Shown here piece after piece: positions 17,321-24,730 of a DNA stretch of 64,000 nt. Numbering within the stretch: position 1 is the first letter of the stretch; each line of letters opens with the position of its first letter. Below the pieces are notes generated by a model. The model had not been told where the DNA came from, did not search any database, and saw only the letters and a list, made by a program, of their open reading frames with translations. The stretch spans positions 99,631 through 163,630 of the forward strand of contig DATEEI010000123.1 of assembly GCA_035281225.1 (NCBI GenBank), in the 5' to 3' direction. A program made the position numbers and the translations under genes. This DNA is from Vicinamibacterales bacterium. GTDB taxonomy: Bacteria; Acidobacteriota; Vicinamibacteria; Vicinamibacterales; JAMQPK01.

Positions 17321-18907
17321 TCAGAAGGATCCGTATGTGCCGCTGTCAGCCACCGTCGGGGTGCCGATTCGCGCACTGCGGGAATCGATGATCCGCCCCT
17401 CGCGCGCGGTATGCGTTCCCGTAGAACGCGCATTCTGCCGCTGAGGCGCCATGAAGTCCGAGAGCGCCGCTTTCGCGGTCCCGACCATGAGCTCGAGGCG
17501 CTGGACGATTCCCACCGTGAGATCGGCTTGGGCATTGAGCTGTTCGCAGGCAGCGGCGCTTTGCTCAGCGGTTGCGGCCGACGTCTGGGTGACGCGTTCC
17601 ATCTGACGGATAGCCTGGGTCACTTGATCGATACCGAGAGCCTGCTGTTTGCTCGCCGTGCTGACTTCGTCGACCAGCCCTTTGATCTGGGTCACATTTG
17701 CCGTGATGGCGCCAAACGCCTCGGCGACCTGTTCGACCCTCTTGCTGCCGTCTCCAGAGCTGGCGATGGCCTCGTCAATGAGCGCTTCCGTGTCTTTGGC
17801 CGCCTGTGCGGACCGCTGGGCGAGGTTGCGGACTTCGTCGGCAACCACGGCGAAGCCCATGCCGGCTTCACCGGCGCGGGCTGCTTCAACAGCGGCGTTC
17901 AGCGCGAGAATATTGGTCTGAAACGCGATTTCGTCGATCGTTCTGATGATCTTCGAAACGCGGCTGCTGGAATCCTTAATGGTCGTCATCGAGTGGACCA
18001 TTTCAGCCAACGCCGCGTTGGCATCGGCCACGACTTTCGTGGCATCGGCGACGACGACCGCGGCCTGCTGCGAGCTATCGGCATTGCGCCGGATCATGAC
18101 GGCCATCTCTTCCATTGCAGCCGACGTTTCTTCGAGGGACGCAGCCTGCTGCGACGCGCCCTGAGATACGGACTGGGCCGACGCCGCCATTTGCGAGGAT
18201 GCGTCAACGACCAACTGCCCGCCCTCGCGCAGTTCCTGACACACGACACGAAGGCCGCCATTGATCTTTCCGACGATCAAGACGCCTACCCCGCTAAAAA
18301 TCAACGCCGCAAAGCCGACCGCGATCATCGTGCCCAGGCCGATGCGATAGGAGTTCGCGGCTTCTTGGCGGGCATTGGTCATGATTTGCTGGTGACGCTT
18401 TGCGAGACCTGCTGCGGCCTCCTGTGCCGTCGCCAACACCGGGGCGGACTTATCGGCAATCTCCTGCTGCGCTTCCGCGAAGCTGGCTGCATCACTCAAG
18501 GCCGTGACACGCGCGTGAATGGCTTTGGCTTCGACCAGGTTTGCACTCAGCGCCTTGGCGACCGGCTGGTCGCTTTCCTGGCCGGCGGCAGCGAGTATGG
18601 CTTCGACCTCGCGGGTGCCTTCGTCGAAGTCGGCGTTGATGGCCGCTCGCGCCCGGGCGCCCAGCGCAAGGTCGTTGTCGAGGCCGGCCCACAGCATCGT
18701 CTTCTGCTGGCTTTCGATCTTTGACAAAATCGCCCGAAGCGTCAGCGCGTGCTGCAACGTCGTTGCGCGGCTCGAGACAGTCTCGAGGTCGGACTTGATT
18801 CCTGACGCAACAGACACCGCCACGGTCCCGGCGAGCACCGTCAGCGCGAGAAATGTGCCGCAGCCCAGATAGAGCCGCTTCCCGATGGTCAGACGATCGA
18901 TAAACAT
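17321..18907 (-). CDS. Transmembrane methyl-accepting chemotaxis protein (4-helix-bundle-type periplasmic domain)
   Basis: Two TM segments (residues ~12-35 and ~190-212). Signalling hairpin [38 protein letters not shown]. The C-terminus ends ...GTYGSF. Confidence 0.92.
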   Translation of the reverse strand: MFIDRLTIGKRLYLGCGTFLALTVLAGTVAVSVASGIKSDLETVSSRATTLQHALTLRAILSKIESQQKTMLWAGLDNDLALGARARAAINADFDEGTREVEAILAAAGQESDQPVAKALSANLVEAKAIHARVTALSDAASFAEAQQEIADKSAPVLATAQEAAAGLAKRHQQIMTNARQEAANSYRIGLGTMIAVGFAALIFSGVGVLIVGKINGGLRVVCQELREGGQLVVDASSQMAASAQSVSQGASQQAASLEETSAAMEEMAVMIRRNADSSQQAAVVVADATKVVADANAALAEMVHSMTTIKDSSSRVSKIIRTIDEIAFQTNILALNAAVEAARAGEAGMGFAVVADEVRNLAQRSAQAAKDTEALIDEAIASSGDGSKRVEQVAEAFGAITANVTQIKGLVDEVSTASKQQALGIDQVTQAIRQMERVTQTSAATAEQSAAACEQLNAQADLTVGIVQRLELMVGTAKAALSDFMAPQRQNARSTGTHTAREGRIIDSRSARIGTPTVADSGTYGSF

Positions 18908-18978
18908 GCTTCCTCCTGCATTGCGGCAGTCATGGTGATAGCCCTATTTGTCGGACGAAGTCACTTGTATCTGTAGCG

Positions 18979-19365
18979 CTACCATTCGTTCACCAGGTCC
19001 GGGATGGCGGCAGCGGCCGTATCGGGCGGGGGTTCCGGAGCAGCATCCATGGCGACCTCAGCCGACTCCATGGGCGCGACATCGACCGGCGCCGGCTCAT
19101 CGAACGTGATGGCGACCTGGTACGTCATCGTGCTGTCGCGGTGAATCGCACACACCTGACAGCGCACGGCCTTCCCGGGCAGACGCTGGGGTTGGGTCCC
19201 GCCGATGCACAACGTGACGACCGCGCCGGCAACGAGGCGACTTTTGGTTTCGACCAGCGCCCCTGTTTGCGACAGATTCACCAGCTCTGCGGGGCCACCC
19301 GGAAACAGCTTGACCTCGCTGCCCGCCTCAATCTCCGACCCCGCCACGCGTTGGGCAACTCCCAT
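18979..19365 (-). CDS. PilZ-domain protein (N-x-S-x-x-G present, RxxxR absent) with an acidic/Pro-rich tail
   Basis: VNLSQTGALV matches the (D/N)xSxxG motif, and the beta-barrel-like pattern GKAVRCQV...TYQVAITF is present. The first 20 residues contain only one Arg. Confidence 0.6.
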   Translation of the reverse strand: MGVAQRVAGSEIEAGSEVKLFPGGPAELVNLSQTGALVETKSRLVAGAVVTLCIGGTQPQRLPGKAVRCQVCAIHRDSTMTYQVAITFDEPAPVDVAPMESAEVAMDAAPEPPPDTAAAAIPDLVNEW

Positions 19366-19370
19366 ATTGG

Positions 19371-21941
19371 CTAGAGCGTCCCCTTTCCGGTCGTCGTTCT
19401 CTCGGCAAGCACGTTCCTGTATTGCTCGAACGCCTCGGCCAGGATGCTCTCCAGTCGGTCGTGCTGCGCCTTCGCCTCGAGTTGCGCCGCATCGACTTCC
19501 CGAAGTTGCAGCTCAAGGAGAGCGACCGACTCACGGTCTGCCGACTGCTGCAACCGAAGGTTCTCGAGAGATACCTGCAACCCGTCTCGTTCTATTTCAA
19601 TGCGACGGCATTCGGTCTTCGAGTCATCCAGCTGCGCCGCCTTCTGCTCCGCGTCGGCTTCAGCCTCACGTAACCGGACTTCTGCCTGATTGCGGGCGGC
19701 AAGTGCGCCTTGCAGCTCGTGCGCGTGCTGAGACCGGACCTCGTCGAGTGAACGCTTGAGGGAGTCACGCTCCGACGACAGTTCGCCGGACTCGGCCCGC
19801 TGCTTCGCGAACTCCTGCTTCAGAACGGCCACCATCCGTTGAATTTCGCGAAGGGTCGCGAGCAGGCCATCGCGCTCCGCCGTCAGACGGCCCGTCTCGA
19901 GGCGCTGTCCTTCAAGCTCGCCTTCGAGCGCGCTGATCGTCTTGCCCGTGACTTCGACTGTGTGCGAAAGGCCGATGCGCTCGGCCGCGATGGTGTCCAG
20001 TTCGCGCTCCCGCTCCTGCAGTCGCTGCGACACCACCTCGACCTCGACGCGCTTCGCTTCAAGCTGTGCTTCCAGCGCACCAACCGACCTGCTAGTCGTC
20101 TCCACTGCGTGCGACAGACCATTGCGTTCGGCCGCGATGGTGCTCAGTTCGAGCTCCCGCTCCTGCAGTCGTAGCGATACCGCCTCGACCTCGCGGCGCT
20201 TCTCTTCGAGCTGCGCTTCCAGTTCGCCAACCGACCTGCTGGTCGCCTCCACGGCGTGCGACAGGCCACTTCGCTCAGCGGCGATGCTGTGCAGCTCGAG
20301 CTCTCGCTCGTGCAGCCGACGCGATACTTCTTCGACGTCGCGGCGCTTTTCTTCGAGCTGCGCTTCCAGCGCCGCGACCGTCTGCCCCGTCGTTTCGACG
20401 GCCTGGGAGAGGCCGCTCCGCTCGGCCGCGATGTTGTGCAGCTCGCGCTCCCGCTAGTGCAGGCGCTGCGCCACTTCTTCGACCTCACGGCGCTTCTCTT
20501 CGAGCCGCGCTTCCAGCGCCGCGACCGTTTGGCCCGTGGTTTCGACGGCCTGAGAGAGGCTGCTCCGCTCGGCCGCGATGTTGTGCAGCTCGCGCTCTCG
20601 CTCGTGCAGCCGGCGCGATACTTCTTCGACCTCACGGCGCTTCTCTTCGAGCTGCGCTTCCAGCGCCGCGACTGTCTGCCCCGTCGTTTCGACGGCCTGG
20701 GAGAGGCCGCTCCGCTCGGCGACAATGTTGTGCAGCTCGCACTCCCGCTCGTGCAGGCGCTGTGATACCGCCTCGACCTCGCCGCGATTGTCTTCGAGCC
20801 GCGCTTCCAGCGCCTGGATCGTCTGCCCCGTCGTTTCAACCGCTTCCGAGAGGCGATCCCGCTCGGCCGCAACGTTGTTCAGCTCGAGCTGCCGCTGCTG
20901 CAGCTTCTTCGACAGCGCTTCGATTGCCGTATTTCCGTCCTGAACCGCCTCGTTCAGCGAGTCGCGCTCGGCCTTCAGCGTCAGGCGATGCGACTCGGCC
21001 TCGGACAGGCGGCTTTCGAGCTCAGCGATCGCGTTGGAGTTGTCGAGGCCGGGACCTGGGACCTCGGCTTGCTCGAGCGAACGTTCCAGGCGCCGCCGCG
21101 CGGAAATGTCGCGGAGGACCAGCAACGCGGTCTCGCTTCTGCCTGCGTGGGGGGCCAGCTGAATCGCGCTCGCTTCGACAATACGAGCCGATTCTGAGCT
21201 ACCGGCAGTCGAGAACTCCATGGAGCCGGGCTGCCCGCTGCAGACACGTTCCACGAACCCCCTCAGCTGATCTCGATCGTCGGCACTTACAAAAGCCAGG
21301 ATCGATTTCCTCAACACCGCTCCCGCTTCACCCGCCCCGATGAGGGAGCGTCCGGCGGTATTGATGGCGAGAACCGTCGCGTCGCGATTCAATCTGACAA
21401 GGCAAACCGGGGCAGACTCCAGGATCCCGCGCAGGCGCTCTTCCCTGGATCGTACCGTGTCGAACTGGCTCAGATGGCTTTGTCGGGACAACACCATGCC
21501 AAGCCGGACCGGCAACCTTCCGAGCCAACCAGGTGATTTGACGGTAAAGTCGTCGGCTTTCAGATCAACCGCGTCGCGCGCCGCATCGGCCCGACCGGGA
21601 TCGACAGCGACAACGACAGGCATGCCGGGGAATGCACTGCGCAGCTCCTGGAGCAGCCTTGTCGCATTCACGCCGGACGAGCTGCAATCGATGAACGCAA
21701 CGTCCGCAGGCGGAGCGGCGCCCTTCGATTTGGCGTCGCGGATCGACGCCTCCGTGGCAGCCACGAGCTCGAGGCGCGGAGCCTCGCTCGCAAACTGCGC
21801 ACGCGCGAAATCCATGTCGCCAGCGTAAAGGAGGCGAATTTTGCGGCTGCCAGGCGCCTCCCCGCCGTCTGTCCCCGCGGGAGGATCGCCGAGCGCCGTT
21901 TGCGTCTTGAGCATCACAAGTTTCGCTACGTAATGGAACAC
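19371..21941 (-). pseudogene. REC-like + PAS + long coiled-coil protein gene; one 856-codon frame interrupted by a single in-frame TAG (20454-20456)
   Basis: ORFs 20454..21941 and 19371..20252 share one frame. I translated 20253-20453 and it stays open, continuing the repeat (RERELHNIAAERSGL...). The TAG sits where the other repeat units have GAG. Confidence 0.7.
19950..20900 (-). repeat. About 6.5 tandem 147-bp repeats encoding a 49-aa coiled-coil unit
   Basis: The anchor motif CTC[C/G]TGCAG (CTGCTGCAG at 20895, CTAGTGCAG at 20454) recurs at 20013, 20160, 20307, 20454, 20601, 20748 and 20895, exactly 147 nt apart. Unit consensus: ELHNIAAERSGLSQAVETTGQTVAALEAQLEEKRREVEEVSRRLHERER. More diverged units flank it on both sides. 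Confidence 0.9.
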
Positions 21942-22143
21942 GCCGCGTGAGCGTATCTATCGGGTGATCTCGCACTTCAGAACAGTCGCAAGTGCAAAAC
22001 TGTGCAATTTTGTGAAGGGCTAACGTGATTGCACGGTCTGTCCGAGATACTCATATATGCAACATCTCTGTGACATTCGAGAGGACGGTTGTGCTATGGC
22101 GCGGGAGGATCTCCGGAGAACCAGTGGAGGAGGACGTTTAGTG

Positions 22144-22899
22144 ATGTATACGCCCAGGGTCCGTGCCGCGATATTCGTGACGGCGGCCTGTCTGCTGTTG
22201 CCGTCAGGTCCGTCCGCGCAAAGCGCCGATAGCTACAAAATCATTGTGAACCCTGCGAATCCTGTTGCGGCACTCTCGAAGTCGCAGCTCTCGAACATCT
22301 TCCTCCGGAAGACCACGACATGGGACAGCGGCCAGCCTGTCCAGCCAATCGATCAGGTTGAGACGTCGGCGCTGCGCGAACTGTTCTCGAAGGAAGTACT
22401 GGGCCTGCCCCCAGCAACGGCAGCTCGGCAGGCAGGGGCGGCCTCGAATGGCGAGCCTCTGTTGACCGTTGCGAGCGATCGAGAGGTACTGGCGTACGTG
22501 CGGCTGAAACCGGGCGGCGTCGGATACGTCTCGGCAGCGGCGCCGACCCAGGGCCTCAAGGTCTTGACGTTCGGGCGATCCGGAGACATTGCATCAACTT
22601 CGCAAGGACCGGAAGCCATCCGCGTCGGCGGGGCTGTCCCGATGCCAACCAGGGTCTTCTCGAGGCCGCCCGTTTATCCTCCTGCGGCCAAAATCGCCAA
22701 GGTGGAGGGGACCGTGGAGCTCGAGCTCCTCATCGGGGCGACCGGTGCTGTCGAAGATGTGAGCGTCGTGAAGCCGGCCGCGATGCTTACGGATGCGGCG
22801 GTCTCAGCGGTGCGACACTGGAAGTACGCACCGACTGTTGTGAACGGCACGGCTGTGCCCGTACGGATGACCACGCAGGTCACTTTTACACTGCGTTAG
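22144..22899 (+). CDS. Signal peptide + PstS-like periplasmic-binding-protein domain fused to a TonB C-terminal domain
   Basis: The ATG at 22144 is preceded by GGAGGAGG. The N-terminal half (IIVNPANPVAALSKSQLSNIFLRKTTTWDSG) is PBP_like_2-type. The C-terminal half (PVYPPAAKIAKVEGTVELELLIGATGAVEDVSVV...AVSAVRHWKYAPTVVNG) is TonB_C-type. Confidence 0.7.
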   Translation: MYTPRVRAAIFVTAACLLLPSGPSAQSADSYKIIVNPANPVAALSKSQLSNIFLRKTTTWDSGQPVQPIDQVETSALRELFSKEVLGLPPATAARQAGAASNGEPLLTVASDREVLAYVRLKPGGVGYVSAAAPTQGLKVLTFGRSGDIASTSQGPEAIRVGGAVPMPTRVFSRPPVYPPAAKIAKVEGTVELELLIGATGAVEDVSVVKPAAMLTDAAVSAVRHWKYAPTVVNGTAVPVRMTTQVTFTLR

Positions 22900-22913
22900 C
22901 TCGGCGCGCCACG

Positions 22914-23189
22914 ATGCTCGAATGCCTGCGCAAGCTTCCACGTTCAACGTTTAGACTCAAGTGCGTGAAGTGTGGCGTGATCCGGGACCTGGAAGATGAC
23001 GGGACCCGGACGCGCCACGCCAAGATGCATAGCTCGTCATGCCCTGCGGCGCCCGTCGGCGAGCCGCGCCTCGAGATGGTGAGCCTAGATCATTTGAAGA
23101 TGCTCGCGGCCGACGACACTCTGTGGTTTGAGATTGTGCGAACGGAGGCCGAGGAAGACGGACGACAGAAGCGCCGCGGCTCGGCCTGA
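22914..23189 (+). CDS. Hypothetical small protein (91 aa) with one CxxC pair
   Basis: ORF with GC-rich third positions and a KCVKCG motif. No recognisable family. Confidence 0.35.
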   Translation: MLECLRKLPRSTFRLKCVKCGVIRDLEDDGTRTRHAKMHSSSCPAAPVGEPRLEMVSLDHLKMLAADDTLWFEIVRTEAEEDGRQKRRGSA

Positions 23190-23196
23190 CAGCGCG

Positions 23197-23691
23197 TTAG
23201 TACTCCTTCACGTCTGCGGCGTCCACTTCGACGCTGACGCCCTGGCCGATCAGGTCCACCGCCAACACGAGCCTCGCATGCGCCCCCTTCCGGACCAGGC
23301 GCCCGACGACCCCCTTCAATGCTCCGTGCGTGACTTCGACCATCATCCCCTCTCGAATCATCGGGCAGGGATCGAACTGCAGGTCGCTCTCAAGAACCCG
23401 GCGAATGGCCGCGATTTCGTGATCGGGAATCGCCGCCGGCCTGCCCTCGAAGGACACGATGCTGACGACGCCGGTGCACTTCAGGATGGAGAGGGTCTCA
23501 TCAGGCTTGAACCGCGCGAAGCAGTAACCGGGAAACAGGGGCCAGTCGATCTTCTTCTTTCGATCCTTCCAGCGGCTCCATCTGGTGATGGTCGGAAGGA
23601 AGGCGTCGAGGTGCTTGCGCTCTATCTGCTCGCGTACAACTTGTTCGTGGCGCGATCTGGTCCAGATGGCGAACCAGCTTGAGGTATCCAT
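23197..23691 (-). CDS. Specialised NusG paralog (RfaH/UpxY-like; NGN + KOW)
   Basis: WFAIWTRSRHEQVV...AFLP...WPLFPGYCFARF is an NGN domain. GMMVEVTHGALKGVVGRLV is a KOW motif. The start abuts the stop of the surA-like gene. Confidence 0.8.
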   Translation of the reverse strand: MDTSSWFAIWTRSRHEQVVREQIERKHLDAFLPTITRWSRWKDRKKKIDWPLFPGYCFARFKPDETLSILKCTGVVSIVSFEGRPAAIPDHEIAAIRRVLESDLQFDPCPMIREGMMVEVTHGALKGVVGRLVRKGAHARLVLAVDLIGQGVSVEVDAADVKEY

Positions 23692-24723
23692 TCAGTATGT
23701 CGGTTCCGCAGAGATGCCCGCCTTCCATGCCTTTTCGAGCTCCTCGTTCTTCCACTCGATAATCGCCTGGGCGCGAAGGCGTTGCGCCAGTTTCTTGAGC
23801 TCGGCCCCGAACTTTTCCTGACTCAGCTTGTCCGTGATCCGATCGCGCGCGGCTTCGAACGGCAGCGTCGCTGAATCGATCGACGATTCCAGTTTGAAGA
23901 TCTGCGCGCCGGTTGCCGTATTGACGACCGGCGTCACGTCTCCGACCTTCATTGTCGAGATCATCTTCAGCAGTTGCTCGTTCATCTCGGCGCGCGAGAT
24001 CGGGCCGATGAGGCCGCCGTTGGCCTTCGAAGCGGAATCTGAAAGCTCCGCCGCCAGCTTGTCGAACGATTCCCCTTTGGCGACGCGCGCACGGATCGCG
24101 TCGGCTTTGTCGCGTGCCTCATCCAGCGCGCCAACGCTCGCCGCTTTCTTGACGGGATCGACAACGGCGTTCACGACGATCTCCCGAAGGGTGACGCTCG
24201 GCGTCGAGGCAAACTCGTCCAGGTGCGCATCGTAGTAGGCGCGCTGCTCGGCCTCGGTCACCTCGACGCGGCCACCGATATCGCGGCGCTGTACCTGGCC
24301 AATCAGCATTCGCTTACTGAGCATCTCTCTCAGCTGAGCGAGGGTTATCCCCTCCGATTTGAGCGCGGCGTCGAACGCCTCCTCGCTCTCGATCTTGTTG
24401 TCCTTCTTGATCGACGCGAGCACTTCGGTGAACTGCGCATCGGTCATCGTAAAGCCCAGCTCCTTCGCGCGCTGCAGCATCAGCATCTCATCGATGAGCG
24501 ATACGATGAGCTGGGGCGTGATCTGCGCCAATGCCTTCGAGAGCTCAGCGTCGTTCACCGGCTGCTTCGGCAGCTCCCGGATCGCGCTGATCTGCTGACG
24601 CTCGAACTCGGTCTTGGTGATGATTTCGCCGTTCACCTTGACCAGCACCTGTTCGAGGATTTCGGCAGAGAGTGCTGTGGCGAGTCCGGCCAGAACCGTG
24701 ACGACAAGTGCTATTTTTCTCAT
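23692..24723 (-). CDS. SurA-like periplasmic chaperone / parvulin-type peptidyl-prolyl isomerase
   Basis: Signal peptide, then a SurA N-terminal-like region (VLVKVNGEIITKTEFERQ), then a parvulin-like region (ESFDKLAAELSDSASKANGGLIGPISRAEM). Confidence 0.8.
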   Translation of the reverse strand: MRKIALVVTVLAGLATALSAEILEQVLVKVNGEIITKTEFERQQISAIRELPKQPVNDAELSKALAQITPQLIVSLIDEMLMLQRAKELGFTMTDAQFTEVLASIKKDNKIESEEAFDAALKSEGITLAQLREMLSKRMLIGQVQRRDIGGRVEVTEAEQRAYYDAHLDEFASTPSVTLREIVVNAVVDPVKKAASVGALDEARDKADAIRARVAKGESFDKLAAELSDSASKANGGLIGPISRAEMNEQLLKMISTMKVGDVTPVVNTATGAQIFKLESSIDSATLPFEAARDRITDKLSQEKFGAELKKLAQRLRAQAIIEWKNEELEKAWKAGISAEPTY

Positions 24724-24730
24724 CTGATCC

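Noticed and set aside
17084-18724. Very long ORFs antisense to real genes. Examples are 546 aa opposite the MCP, 609 aa at 50314-52143 opposite gyrA, 420 aa at 24920-26182 opposite mfd, 315 aa at 9119-10066 opposite the ExeA-like gene, and 342 aa at 7868-8896 opposite dus.
   Set aside because: Their translations are Arg/Gly/Asp/His-rich with no recognisable motifs, whereas the opposite strand encodes unmistakable conserved proteins. These are the stop-poor shadow frames expected in high-GC DNA.
19942-20872. Arg/Ser-rich alternative-frame ORFs over the repeat array (242 aa on the minus strand; 171, 169 and 121 aa on the plus strand).
   Set aside because: They are periodic only because the underlying DNA is repeated. 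Their composition (RRSRR, SSSCAS) is not protein-like, and the coiled-coil frame is the coherent one, continuous with the REC-PAS part.
19950-20900. The tandem repeat array as a possible CRISPR or minisatellite.
   Set aside because: The units are contiguous (147 nt, with no unique spacers), lie in one open reading frame and encode a heptad-compatible coiled coil. No cas genes are present in the window.
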